Positions 37,560-51,452 of a DNA stretch of 64,000 nt are shown here, in pieces. The stretch covers positions 2,294,001-2,358,000 of the forward strand of contig NC_043025.1 of assembly GCF_006345805.1 (NCBI RefSeq), given 5' to 3'. The position numbers were made by a program, and so were the translations under genes. The stretch is from Octopus sinensis. Taxonomy: Eukaryota. Under the pieces are notes generated by a model. That model saw nothing but the letters and a program-made list of their open reading frames with translations. It was not told the DNA's origin and did no database searches. How positions within the stretch are numbered: the first letter of the stretch is position 1; the number at the start of each line of letters is the position of its first letter.

Positions 37560-39410
37560 GCTTACCTCATTGAGCATGTGCGAATCAGAGTTGTGTTTGA
37601 TACTGAAACTATAAAGACGTGTTTTTGAAGCCGTCTTAAATTGAAGATTTTTGAAACTCAGCTGTACAGTAAGAATTTTTGGGGGTCTAGTGGGGACCTG
37701 TTGTCTACCGCAATTATTTTTTGCAAACAAGAAGTCCTCACTGGATTCTAGTCTACCTGTAGCTGAGCGAATATTTTTTCACTTAACTGTGAAAATTATT
37801 GTTTTTGTGGGCGTATCCTGCAGCAAAATTTTTGTTTGAGAATCGTGTTGTCCAGGAATAACTCTGGGAATTTTTAGAAAAGATTTCAACAATATTGTTC
37901 CTGTAAGGATTACCTATGAGAAGAAAATTGGAATGATTTGCGTTAAAATTTTGACCTGGGAGTACCAAGTGTCCTTTACTGTGCTTTGAACTGTGCTATG
38001 TCTTAACCCTCTTTTATTAAAAAAAGACTCTTTATTGAACTGTTAATTTTTTCTCCTTCCTTTTGTTTAGACTTTTTCTTCTTCTCTGATCCTTAATTAT
38101 TTGTATTTTATGAAGTGTTTTTGGACTTTTTTTTAAAAGAAACATGGCAAAGAACAATGGAAAGTAGGTGGAGTGGGAATTTATACCACCCAAAAGATGA
38201 TTAAAAGAACTTGAAAGTAAGACGGTGGTTTGAGGACCTACTCTAGGATCCTCGACTCCATTGATTTTCAAAAAATATTAGAAACAAAAGAGAGATGGCA
38301 GAATTAAGCCAGCTATTAAGTTTATCACTCGGAGGTCAAATATGCAACCGTGTGTGGTACTATTTTACTTCCCAGAAGTGGATTGTGATTTTGCGTGCCA
38401 GCTCCTGGAAGGCAATGAAATTTTGTTTCTTCCCACTTATTGTGGGAAGAAGTTGACGAGGGCTTGGGTTTGCGGCTTTCACCCGGTGCTGAGCCCGAGT
38501 GGATAGGAGATACTATCCGCCGGGGTTCTGGGTGGCAGTAGCACCAAGCTCTTCAATGCAAATATTCTGCCTGCGGCTTACTGGGAGGTGTCAAAAGCTG
38601 TTTTGACCTCTGGACCAAGTCAGCCGAAAGTCTGGTATTTCCAGACTTTTTGAGAATGGCTGGTCGAAGTAACCGGTGGATGCTTGAGGGAGCCCCCCCT
38701 CCAAGTGTAATCGGTGCCTGGAGACCGCCATATAAAAAAGAACTGTCCTCAACGCCAAGCAAAATCCTGGAGCTGTTAACGGAGACCTCTGTAGAAGAAG
38801 GAATGCAGGCGGCGAAGAGACAGAGGATGACTCAAAGAAGAGCCGCAAAAGGAGAAGGTGAGTAATAATGGGTGCTCCACCGAAGGATTATGGAATGCGG
38901 GAGGGAGAGGCACATGTTCCGGTCACGGACGAGATGCACCCTCCCCCAGTCAAGAAGCAAAAAGAGGATAAAGGAGAAACGGGATATTGCTGACAGTCGG
39001 AGACATGGAGCCTCATCGGTGGGGGTCGTGCCACTGGCGGGGCGGCGTGGGTAGACACACTTGGTAAGAATTGTTCCGCCAATGGTAGGAATTGACTACC
39101 TCGACCCGCAGGAGGAAGAACTGCTGTACTTCTGTTAAGAGGGGAGTGGTGAAAAGGTGGGTGGTAGAACACTACAAGAGGAGTACCTTTGGCCTTCGCA
39201 CGTAACCGAATGGCCTCCGCAGATGGCTGTGGAGTTCATAACGTTGCGAATGTTTCATAGGCTGGGGGGGACTAAAAGAGGGAATATCACTCGTGGCGGG
39301 TGACGCAAACTCGGAGCATACCTTGATTTTAAAGCTAGCATGGGCGATGGTGGAGTACACGTACCAGCGATGAAGAGGATTGACAAGAGGTTGAAAACCC
39401 TCAGTGTTAT
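37560..39410 (+). mobile_element. L1/Tx1 5' UTR + ORF1 (gag-like) remnant; inverted paralogue at 58007-59860
   Basis: IKFITRRVKYATV, FLPTYCGKKL.RAWVCG, and a zinc knuckle (..RCLQPGHIKKNCP in ORF 58532-58729). Confidence 0.75.
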
Positions 39411-39618
39411 AATGTGTAAGATTTAAGAGATAAAAAGGGAAGCTAAGAGAACATGGTGGTAGTGGTTGTGGGTGTGGTGATAGTAAGTATTTTATAATCC
39501 CCTATCACCTGAAGCATGATCAGAAATGCAATTCCATGAAAATTCACACTTATATACAGTGTCATATGTACGGCGTATATATATTTTACAATATATATAT
39601 AGATATATATATATATAT

Positions 39619-39905
39619 GTGGAGGTGCAATGGTCCTAGTGGCTTAGAGGGCAGCGGACTTGCGGTCGTAGGGTCGCGGTTTCGATTCCTTGTGAGTGTA
39701 TATGAGCGAAAACACCTAAAAGCACCACGAGGCTCCGGCAGGGGGTGGTGATCCTGCTGTACTCTTTCACCACTCTTTCTCCCACTCTTTCTTCTGTTGA
39801 CCTGCTCGCTTAGCCAGCGGGGTGGCGTCATTTGAAGGCTAAAACAATGCGAACACATTGTGACCAGCGATGTGTAGCAACATCTGATGGTCTGGTCGGT
39901 CACAT
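39619..39905 (+). mobile_element. tRNA-derived SINE
   Basis: ggaggtgcaatggtcctagtggcttagagggcagcggacttgcggtcgtagggtcgcggtttcgattcc head; (GAT)n tail. Confidence 0.8.
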
Positions 39906-39939
39906 GATAATGATGATGGTGATGATGATATATATATAT

Positions 39940-40420
39940 ATTATAATGAAAGTACCAGGAGTGTAAATGTACAATTGCAAAAGTGTGAACTACACTTCAG
40001 AAGAAGGGATTATATAAGGGGTTACATTTTCCCACAAGAAATGAATAGCTGCACCGTGAAAACAGAGACATTCTTGTCTATCCATGGAATAACACCTGCA
40101 GAGCGAATCTTAAGACATAGTGCCATCTAGTCTCAATGAGTTATCCACTCTCTATTCCTCATGGAAAGTCCCGGATGCACTGTGGGTCTATAGTGGCGCG
40201 AAACGCCGAACATCGCCGCAGACGACTCACGATGTAATTTAGGGTTGCTGATTGCAGTACCTAGGGGACCATCAGGCCCAGTTGCTCGTAGAGCAGTACA
40301 GTGGACTTATGGACCTACCTGCAGAGAGGAGCTTTGAAAAAGTGAACACTGTAGGAGGTGAAATCTATGCAAGATTTAAAGATGCTTACATATGACTTGG
40401 TCTCTCCAAAATTATGTTGT
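39940..40420 (+). mobile_element. Internally deleted Helitron fragment (inverted copy 46480-46880)
   Basis: Similar to 31160-31270 and 32245-32325. The paralogue encodes [37 protein letters not shown]. Confidence 0.7.
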
Positions 40421-40429
40421 TGGAACATG

Positions 40430-40529
40430 NNNNNNNNNNNNNNNNNNNNNNNNNNNNNNNNNNNNNNNNNNNNNNNNNNNNNNNNNNNNNNNNNNNNNNN
40501 NNNNNNNNNNNNNNNNNNNNNNNNNNNNN
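40430..40529. other. Assembly gap (100 N)
   Basis: Run of N. Confidence 1.
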
Positions 40530-40999
40530 GTAAATATTATGCTATCCCGTTCATTTCAAATATATCCTTAAGGACAGTGATGAAACCCATCACTGTTTCA
40601 CTGAATCACCCATAGGATTAATATTTTATACAGTAACTTTTACAGAATTCAACCGATTTTGATGAGCTTTCACTTTTAGGGAAAATTTAATTTTGAAGAC
40701 ATGTAGAAGAATTAAAATTAAACTAGTGCGAGGCGGAAATCCTCAAATCATTCACAATAAAATAATGAACTGATTTTGAAGAACCGTGAGCAAAATTAAG
40801 CACTTCGACGTATGAAACATCTGTTATTCATATAATGTACTAAGATTTAAATGTCTATGGGATATTTTCGTGTAAATGGTCACATGGATTCTGTTTTATG
40901 ATATTACCTTACCATTTTTCTTCGGATTTTGCTGAGATTGGACACACTGATCAATTTTGTACCGACAGTGGCATTAAGGGGAGAGAGATAAAGAAACAT

Positions 41000-41345
41000 C
41001 GATCAAATCGACCGCAGACTTATTCTTTGTAAGCCTAGTACTTATTCTATCGGTTTCTTTTACCGAACCGCTAAGATACGTGGATGTAAACACACCAGCA
41101 TTGGTTGTCAGGCGATGTTGGGGAGACAAACACAGACACACAAACATATACATACACACATACATATAAATATATACTTACATACGACAGGCTTCTTTCA
41201 ATTTCCGTTAACCAAATCTACTCACAAATCTTTGGTCGACCCGAGGCTACAGCAGAAGAAACTTGCCTAAGGTGCCACACAGTGGGACTGAACACAGAAC
41301 CATGTGGTTCGTAAGCAAGATACTTACCACAAAGCCACTCCTACG

Positions 41346-41347
<2 letters not shown>
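41000..41347 (-). mobile_element. tRNA-derived SINE (family also at 56085-56490 and 6760-6902)
   Basis: Minus-strand head ggcgtaggagtggctttgtggtaagtatcttgcttacgaaccacatggttctgtgttcagtcccact. Confidence 0.8.
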
Positions 41348-41387
<40 letters not shown>

Positions 41388-41769
41388 TTGAGAGAGAAAA
41401 AAGAGAGAGCGAAGAAATATTTATTTATGCAATTAAAAGTTATACTGATGGTTTAAAGTGCAGATAATAAAGAGATGCGCTCAAACTGTCAAATTCTTAA
41501 AATACGTAAATGAAGAATGCGAAAAAGTGTTGTATGAGCAACTGAAGAAAATTTTATTTGTAATAGAATGTCATAAGTGAAATTTACGTTATCACAAACA
41601 GTAAACACATATCAATTATTAGTCCTGAAGAATTATGCAAGTTCAGGTGAAGTTTCTGCTGATAAATATGTCTCGATTCACCTGAAAACTTATGTAATTT
41701 TTAAGTGTTTTTAAAAGATTTCCCGTCTGGAGAGATGGAGCAGCATAAACAGAGTAATTATTTAATACA

Positions 41770-42560
41770 CTAGCAGCACCCGTAGCAATTCCGCGGTAAA
41801 TGCGAAAGTTTTAAGATGGTTGTAAGTTTATGTGGAGACATAAAAATTAGCGCTCCTTTAAAAATTGTATATTCTACATAATTGTCGTTTTAAAACACCT
41901 TCAGTCCTTCTGGATAAGACGCTCTGCTTCTCTTGGTGCCATTGCCCATTTGGTTTCATTCTTTCTGTTGTTCGATTACATCGTCTCTCATCTTTGGTTT
42001 ATAAACAAATAACATTTTTCAAGCGAGCAGACGATTGCGCTTATGCGCATGCTTTAAGTAATAGGTGGTATTAAAAAAATATATCAATTAAAAACATTAC
42101 ACTCTTCACACACACTCACCAACGCAACCTCCACCACCACCACTAACACCACCAACACATTCATCATCATCATCTCTCTCTCTATCTATCTTTCTCTGCC
42201 TTTCTTTAATCTCACCATCAGAACATCGATCCTCTGCTACAATTCTGTTTCTCACTCTCCTCTATATCACTACCTTCAACTAACATTTTTAACCACGTAA
42301 TAACTATTACGTTCCCCCTACCACACGTCATAGACGCTTCTCTTACCCTCTTTTTCTCTCCCTCCTTTTCTCTCTGCCTGTTTTTCTCTCGCTCTTCACC
42401 TTACCCGCTTTTTCCCTCTACTCCATCTTTTCTCTCGCTCTTCGCATTTCCCTTCAATTCATCTTGTAAAAGTGTTACAGATGCGCTATTATTATCTAAA
42501 AAGAATTCTGCTTATTCCTACTGACGGAGGAATAAGCCGAATTATTATTAGATGCTCATG
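41770..42560 (-). mobile_element. Non-autonomous Helitron
   Basis: Minus-strand 3' end has the hairpin ccgcggaattgctacgg, then gtgctg-CTAG|t. The 5' part is similar to the Helitron 5' region at 25480-26100. Confidence 0.7.
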
Positions 42561-45385
42561 AAAATCATAAGAACTAATTTATGTTCTAGGCGATTATTTC
42601 CAATTAAATAGCTTGCATCACTTCAAGTCTTAATCAAAAATTCAAATACTAAAGTGGATCGATTCATTCGATCAGTCCCATTTGTCAACAACGTTTTCAC
42701 CATTTGAGAAATCCTAATGTAAAGCAAATAGCAATGTTTTGTTAATGTTATTCCTCAAACCTCGTAAATCTGAAGATGTGAAATAGCAAAGTCAATGTTC
42801 TGTTTGATAAGTTAGGTATTTTCATCTTTCATAATTTAAGCGTGAATTGAATGAAATCTGAGATAGATACCATGAACGTTCTGTTTAAGCTGCTACAGGC
42901 CAACATTTACAGGAATGATGAAGGGGTTAAAGTGTTTAGCACAGAGGATCATACTGAAAACGAACTGATGTTTAAGATCGAGGAGCAAAGGAATAGACGA
43001 GTGAGTCGGTAGTACCTGCTTGGTGGGGTCAAGAGCTCAGCAAACTCCTACAAGAATCTGTAGCATGACAGTGACAGTGGCAAAACAAAGAGAAGAGATA
43101 TCCTGCCTGCGAGATAGCTGTTAGAGTATGTCTATTAGGGATAGAGTAAAATTTAGCCACGTCACCCTTCTTTCGATGCAATCCCGGATGTGTATCACCG
43201 TTCCAGATGTAGAAAGATTTCTTCATTGTGTGCTTCACTTGAGCATTGTAAATGGTCCGAGGTTTTGGCTGCAAAGAGAAGGATTGGACTTTAAAATACC
43301 GTACTAGCTATGCAAAGTATCTACTTTCGCCAAAAAGATCTTCACTGCTAATAATGCCCAGCGAAGGTTACGTTTTCAAGTAACATTGTGAGGGACACTT
43401 GCCTAATCTTCAGCCCATTACAAATGGCCGTGTTTCAACACCATGTCCACGGCTATGCTGTATCTTTTCTCTGTCTCTACTGGTCTATTTCAGTGGTAGT
43501 CTTAAAGCACATCTCTGTTCAAAACCACCATCTATTTCTTTGAGTGCCGTTAGTGAAGTCCATATTCTCTTAAACATTCTTCAGTTGAAGAATACCATCT
43601 TTTCTCCTTCCCTCTAGACTTGGTCATCCTGTGAATCGGTTTCAAGCCTGCTTTACTCCTATTCGAAAGAAAATATGAAACCTGTCAGAATTCAACGGTA
43701 GGAAAATATAAATCCCCGTTCTTGGTGTATAAACAATTTGAACTTTATTCAAGACAATACTTTGGAAATATCGTCAGGCGAACGAAATAACTGGAGATGA
43801 ACAGAATCCGAAACGGACATCAATTTAATATGATCACATCAGAATTTTAAAATAATGGATCCACAGAATGTCTTTGATTTGTTTTCGAATAAACCAGTTT
43901 ATGAAGAACGTACTAATATACGTAGAAATTGCATTGTCTTCAAACCTAGGATGTTTTGAAATTCTACTGAAAAGCTAGCAAATATCTCTAAATTTCTACA
44001 GACATTATTGTTCATGTCTATTTTTTCATGAATTTGTGTTTGAATGGTTTTCATTAGTGCTGAACCTCAATATCCCAGCATCGTATTTAGTTACATGATT
44101 TTCTCCGGCTGAACTAAAGACTGTTTATTCACATTAAAATACCCTGGGACTAATGCTCGCTGCGGCCATTATTTCATTACCCGATGTTTACACCAGACCT
44201 TTAATAAAATAATCGATAAACCATAATAGACATTCGTACTACATTTCCCAATATATTTCCCTGAAATATGAGGAAAATAGTGAAAATTGAGGGTTTGGGT
44301 ATCTTGAAATCTAGACTTGATGCTAAAAAATAGATTCCACATTTGAATTCAGCAAAATTATTTAATAGAGAGGTACTCTTCTATAGCTTGTTGTTGCATA
44401 TGAGGACTTGATTTCAATTTCTGCTCGGAGTATCTCAAGAAGATTGTGTGGTGGAGCATGTATGAAGTTATATGGCATACTTGTTTTGGAAGTTCAGCTG
44501 ATGATCATAATATCCCGGGATCAATTCCTGAAATGAGTGACGTTATTACTTAGATCAAGTCATTTCATTTCACGTTGCATCAGTCTACTGAACTTTAAAT
44601 AAAGTATCAACCGAGAGTTAGTTGTGATAGTTAGATACAAGGGTGGGCAATACGAAAGGATGTCAATGTCAACTCGCGACTACTTCGATAGCTAAAACAC
44701 TTAGTAAAATTAAGGTGCATGTTATGAACTCGTATTCCATAGCGAATTATGTCCAGCTATGAATGTGTGTGCTTTGAGAGAGTATACTGTACGCGGTAAA
44801 GTGGCGAACAACCTCCAAAGATAGGGTTAGGGTTTGGGTATGGTGAATATGGATAAAACATTGCACTGGACCGAACATGGATTGCACTTTGGCAAGGCAT
44901 AGCAGCCATACTTCATTCAATTTACGCATAGAGATGAAGCCATAGGAAACAATATGACTGCCGTAGTCTTCGTTTGAAACTCATTCATTCACCAACGGTA
45001 AGATAGACATGATGCTTGAATGAAGAACCTGTGTCATGTCAGTGGACAGAACCACCATGTTTCCAAACAGTATTACTGCTGACGTCTGCGGACCTAGCAA
45101 ACTTAGGTGTTATTAAGCTACCGAATTGCGTAAATGACTTATACTAAAATCAGTTATACTAAATAATCTCGTATCGATTATCGTTTGGATAACCAAGAGG
45201 CACATTAAACTGTGGAACCTCTTACGGCGCAGCTTTCGAAAAATAATCTACAGACCTAAGCTGAAATCTCATCTGAAAGGAAGTGTCTCCAGGACCCTTG
45301 TTACAGTCTCCTTCAACTTCTTCAGCTTGAGGAACAATTAAAAATCAGAGGGCGGGACATTTACATAATTTATTCATAGAGGTTT
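42043..45385. repeat. Segmental duplication block A, copy 2 (retains ~44405-44780, absent from copy 1)
   Basis: Reverse complement of 1-2864. Confidence 0.95.
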
Positions 45386-45895
45386 TTTTTTCTACGTTTC
45401 GTGTGTCTTTTCTGCCCATTAGTAGGATCACCAAGGATCTGTGAATCGGATCTGTGGATCAGAGAGAGAGAGCATTTATTTGAATATATATAAATGTACA
45501 TACACACACATACACACCCTAACATATACATATATAAATGTTTATAACAAATAAAATTTTAACGAGTATATCTTCAATTTATAAGTATATATATATATAT
45601 AGCGAGAGAGAGAGAGAGAGAAGCGAAAGAGAGAAAGAAAGAAAGAAAGAAAGAATGAAAGAAAGAAAGAATGAAATAAAGAAAGAGTGAGAGAGACAGA
45701 GAGACAGAGAGAATTAAGAATTTGAATATACAAACTCAATCCCATTATTATCATTATTAGACTGTATATCTACGTCACCAAAAAATAAACTGTTACATCG
45801 GTTGGGACCTAAAGGACTTTTAGCGTAAAACCTACCATCTGAAGGATGCAGCCTTGCCATTCGCTATGTGCTTTAATATTATATCCCTCCTCTTA

Positions 45896-45955
<60 letters not shown>

Positions 45956-45959
45956 TATC

Positions 45960-46450
45960 ACCAGTGACCTAGCACAAAAGACGAATTAGTCATTAGACTC
46001 TACGTTATTCATATATAAGTACATTAAAAGGCTTCCAAATAAAGAAACAAGTACTAAATACACAGGGGGGGGGATAAATTCATGAAATGGAATGAAAATC
46101 AAAAACGTTAACCATCTCAGCTAATCCTGTACTGCAGTTTCATCTTCTTTTTAGCAAATGAATAGAATTCATCTGCTAAGACCAGACTCGTCAGCAGGAA
46201 GCCTTTAGAAACCAAGGTGTACATATCGCTAGAAGCACGTACAAATCTAGCGATATGTATACTCTAACTTTTCAGACCAGTACGCAGACGCAACCTATAC
46301 CCGGCGAACAGAGGGTATGCCGGTAAAACTTTACTAGCAAATTTATCGAGCAACATTTATAACATAGTAAATAGGGTAATAAAAATAAATTCTTATTACC
46401 AGTGACCTAGCACAAAAGACGAATTAGTCAGTAGACTATACGTTATTCAT
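45960..46450 (-). mobile_element. Retrozyme-like / PLE-terminal non-coding element with 53-bp direct terminal repeats
   Basis: accagtgacctagcacaaaagacgaattagtca.tagact.tacgttattcat at 45960-46012 and 46398-46450 (438-bp period). Internal hammerhead and hairpins; adjacent to (TA)n. Confidence 0.7.
46125..46199 (-). ncRNA. Type I hammerhead ribozyme with canonical core
   Basis: Minus strand: tcctg-CTGACGA-gtct ggtc ttagcagatgaat tct attcatttgctaa aaaga agat-GAAA-ctgcag-TA-cagga. Confidence 0.88.
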
Positions 46451-46479
46451 TTTGAGCTCCTGGCTCAACATTCTCATCA

Positions 46480-47503
<1,024 letters not shown>

Positions 47504-50500
47504 CTCCCCTCAGTCCTCCTTTGCCTCCCCATCCTCCACAACAAGCCCCCAAAAAAGAATTATAGAGGATGTTTTCATCTCAATTAACAAAAAAACGACA
47601 GTCTTATGAGTGACTTAATGAAAATACCGAACGCAGAAAGAATGGAGACGTACCGGATATTATCAAAAAATACAGAGGTATTCAAAATAGACGTAATGAA
47701 CTCAAACATTCTAAAGAGCCAATACCCAGGGGACATAGTCGGTCCGCGACACGACTTAGACGAGACACTGTTTAAGGCGGACTTCCCCACAGGTGCAACA
47801 GGAAAATAAGAAACACGGCAAAAGGGAAGCAATGTCTCGTATTTGTGTAGGATGCATAAATGTGCGTGGCCTGATGACGAGCTGGAGGCAAGGGCGCCTC
47901 CTAAACGACATCAGGTCACGGGATTTAGATGTTGTTGTTGCCACAGAAACCCGGTTAAAGGGGCCAAGAGATCTGCTCCCGCTGTTCAACGGTTACGAGA
48001 GTATTATCTCTCCGAACCCGTCGAGCGGCGGAAGCGGAGTGTTGGTCCTGGTTAAAAAGAACCGGGTTTCTGAAAAAAAGTTGATTTTTGCAGATCCGGA
48101 AGGTAGGCTGGTCGTCGTTGAGTTGACGTTCAGCAGTCGTAAGACAATCAGGCTGGTTGCGGTTTACGCACCCGCCGGAAACGGGAAAAGTGATTATTTT
48201 CGGAATCTGGAAAAGTTTCTGAGTACATCGTACCCTGTAGTAATGTTAGGTGACTTCAACACAATCTGCGATGTGCGGGTAGACTGTGAAGGCTCGCAAA
48301 CAGACAGAAATAGAAAAGGAAATGCTTGCTTCCTGAGTCTACTAAGACGTTTTGAGCTGGTAGACCCATATAGACTGGAACGTCCGGACGCTCCACTGTG
48401 GACGTGGTCAACAAGCGACGGATCGTTAAGGTCATACGTAGACAGGATATTAATTAGGAAGGTAGATAAGAACCTAGTTAAGAGTCCGCAAACTCCACAT
48501 GGTCAGCTACAGTGACCACAAGATGGTCACCTGTAGGCTAGACGTAGATAAGATAGATAGAGGTCCTGGTTACTGGAAACTTAATACGTCCCTTTTGGCG
48601 ATTAAGGTGTACGGGGACAAGATCAGGTTAATGATCCAGAGGGCTTTGACCGGTTCCATTGTTAACAACAAATGGTGGTATGCCCTCAAGCGAGCCATAA
48701 AATACGAGTCCATTAGATATAGTACAAATCTCGTAGCTAGAGAGGCTAGGAAAGCAAATTCACTAGTTAAGGACTTAGAGGAAGCAATGCGAACTGGCAA
48801 TGCAGACCAGGTGAAGGTCAAGAGACTGGTTCTTAACCAGCACTTCGAAGCCAAGCACATGGGTTGCATTGTCAGGGCTAGACAACGCACAATGGGGAGC
48901 GAAGGTATCAAGGCTGCAGGATGGGCCCGAGTGGTGGAAGCCCAACGTGGCAATGATGCTACAATTCGATCTCTGGCAAACCAACAGGGTAAGTTGACAG
49001 ACGAGCCCGAGGAGATGTGTCAAGCTTTTCAGGACCACTTCGCCCAGCATTTTGGGGGGAGCCGCGGACCGGATAGGAGGAGGGGCCTTACGGACCTCCT
49101 CGACGGGCTGCCGCGCCTCTCGTTGCAGGACGCGAAGTGTAGTGAGGAGCCGATCACACTTGGGGAGGTAATGGAGGCCATGGCGGACTGCGGTGCGGGT
49201 AAGGCGCCGGGACTGGATGGTCTACCCTACGAGCTTTATAAAAGTATGCCGGACTTGTTCGGGGACTTACTGACGGGCGTCTACGCAAACTGGCAGCAGA
49301 ATGGGTTCATTCCCAGATCTGTGCGCCGGGGAGTGGTGACGCTAATCAGGAAGGACCAGAGCAAGGGGGACGTAATAGATAATTTCAGGCCCATCACTCT
49401 GCTGAACGCAGAGCTGAAGATTTTGGCCAAAGTGTTATCGAACAGAATGGACTGATTGGGAAAGCGCAAACGTGCACCGTACCAGGCAGAGCCATTCAGG
49501 ATAATCTCCATCTTATTAGATACACGTTAGAGGGAATAAATAATGATCCCGGCAAGAGAGGGGCAGTGGTCCATTTACACCAGTCAAAAGCTTTCGATAG
49601 GGTCGACCATCACAACCTGGTGCCTGTTCTGGCTCAGTTCGGCCTGGGTCTTGGCTTCCTCAGGTGGATCATCGAAATGTATGACAACGTCGACTCGGTA
49701 GTTCAGGTGAACGGCTTCTTTCTAAGCCGTTCAAAGTCAAGCGCTCGGTCCGCCAGGGATGTCCGCTCTCCCCGCTTTTGTATGTAGTGGCTCTTGAGCC
49801 GCTGCTGCGAAAACTGAGCGGCATCCCGAGGCAACCAGGATGTGATATGTCGGTTTCGGCGTACGCGGATGACATCACTATCATCGTGACTGAAGTGGAC
49901 CACCTACGTAAAGTAGACAAGGCCATAGAGGTGTACGAGACGGTGACAGGAGCAAAAGTTAATCGTGAAAAGTCGGTCGGCTTGCAACTCGGCACCTGGA
50001 GAGGCAAGTCGATGCCTCCAGACAGCGTCGTGGGACGTTGGACGGAGGGCCCGATTAAGTTGCTCGGGGTTTGGTTCGGTCCAGACCTCCAAATAGAGAA
50101 GAACTGGAGCGAGGTATCGAGCAAGGTGGCTGCAATAGCCAAGACTTGGTCTTGGCGGTGGCTATCCTTGAAATGTAGGGCGGAGGTAGCCAATGTGTTT
50201 ATCGCATCGGTGATCACCTACCGCCTTGCCGTCGTGCCTTGCCCGGATTCGTGGTTGAGCAAGTTGGAGAGACAGCTCTTTCGCTTCTTGTGGAAGGGCT
50301 CGAAACCGCTTGTGAGACGCTCTGTCTGTTGTCAAAAACCGTTACAGGGTGGACTAGGTATGCCGTGGCTAATGATGCGCAGAAATGCGCTGAGGCTAAG
50401 GCACCTGTGGCTCCATCTTGGTAGTGAACGGGTGTGGTCTCCGCTGTCGAAACAGATGTTCCCCAGGTTCACCAGTTTCGGTGGCCGGGAGGGCTGGTAT

Positions 50501-51452
50501 AATCACAGATCAAAGTTGGGTACGTGGTATACGGAGTGTCGCAAGGCACTCCGACTATTCCGTCGCTCGGGCAATGCCTGCGGCAGTGGTTCTACCGCTG
50601 TGTTTTATAGAGGGTTTGTAGAGGCCGGTAACGATGATACGCTAGGGGAAACTCTAGGTTTCGACGATGATCAGCTGGCCAGTCTGTTCCAACGTACATT
50701 CGGGCCGAAGACCCTGGAGAATTTCCAGAAGTCTTTGGCATGGCAGTGCTACCGAGGAGCCTTACCTGTTCGGGACAAGCTTGCAAGGCACGGTTGCCAA
50801 GTCAGCCCGACCTGTGTGAGGTGTGGTCGAGAACGGGAAACCGTCTCGCACGCGATCATGCAGTGTTCGGAGGTGGCAGAGATGTGGGTTTGTGCCGAAC
50901 AACTGATGTCAGGTGAACGGAGAGTACAGCTATCAGCCGAATCTATTGTAAAAATCAGCCCACCAGATTTCTTAACGAAAGAAAGTAAGTTTTGTTTTCT
51001 CGCTGTGGTTGCAACTGCGAAACAGGCAGTATGGAAGACAAGGATGAAAGGGTTAATAACAGGCGACTTCATCTCTGGTTCAGGTCTGGTGGAATATTTT
51101 AAATTCCACCTGAAAAGACATATAGAACTAGAGAGGAGGAGCCTGAACAAGAAAGTTTTTGACGAAAGGTGGAAAAATGTGGTGAGTAAAAGGTCCCTCG
51201 CAAATACGAGATAGGTTGTAAAAAAGAAAAAAAAACAGAAGGTTAAGTGCCGTGGCGGGGATCGAGGGGTCCGTAGACCCGCCCCAATTCATTTTGTAAA
51301 AAAAAAAAAATTGTTCTTGTAATTGTCCCATCATTCGAACTCGAAATTCACCATGTATTTTAAATGACCCCAAATCGCATTTATTGTTGTAAATCATTCG
51401 TCATTGTGTTGTATGTTCTATGTCGCCCCCTGGTGGGTAATAAAGAAATCAT
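47504..51452 (+). mobile_element. L1/Tx1-type LINE: probable ORF1 tail, complete but frameshifted ORF2, 3' UTR
   Basis: APE (INVRGL, ATETRL, VYAP, GDFN, VDRIL, SDH), GPGYWKLNTSLL, KAPGLDGLPYELY, NFRPITLLN, SKAFDRVDH, SAYADD, GGLG and CVRCGRERETVSHAIMQC. Stop at 51214; ends aataaagaaatcatc. Confidence 0.95.
47832..51214 (+). pseudogene. ORF2 endonuclease/reverse transcriptase, broken by frameshifts near 48500, 49450 and 49740
   Basis: ORFs 47793-48515, 48499-49455, 49566-49787 and 49778-51214 tile one protein. Confidence 0.9.

Larger units (their letters stand above)
33639..39420. repeat. Segmental duplication block E, copy 1 (inverted copy 58007-63665)
   Basis: Both copies share the LINE truncation junction (ctatc.a.ccgacgttttggcggcgagg), SINE, repeat Y and L1 ORF1 remnant in the same order. 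Confidence 0.95.

Noticed and set aside
44821-44840. Telomere-like tagggttagggtttggg (also at 541-560)
   Set aside because: Only 2-3 imperfect units, consistent with chance.
46277-46340. Helitron 3' end on the + strand (ccggc...gccgg then ctag)
   Set aside because: CTAG is followed by C rather than T, and it lies inside the terminally repeated hammerhead unit.
45960-46450. CRISPR-like repeat-spacer array
   Set aside because: Only two 53-bp repeats 438 bp apart in eukaryotic DNA, with no cas genes.
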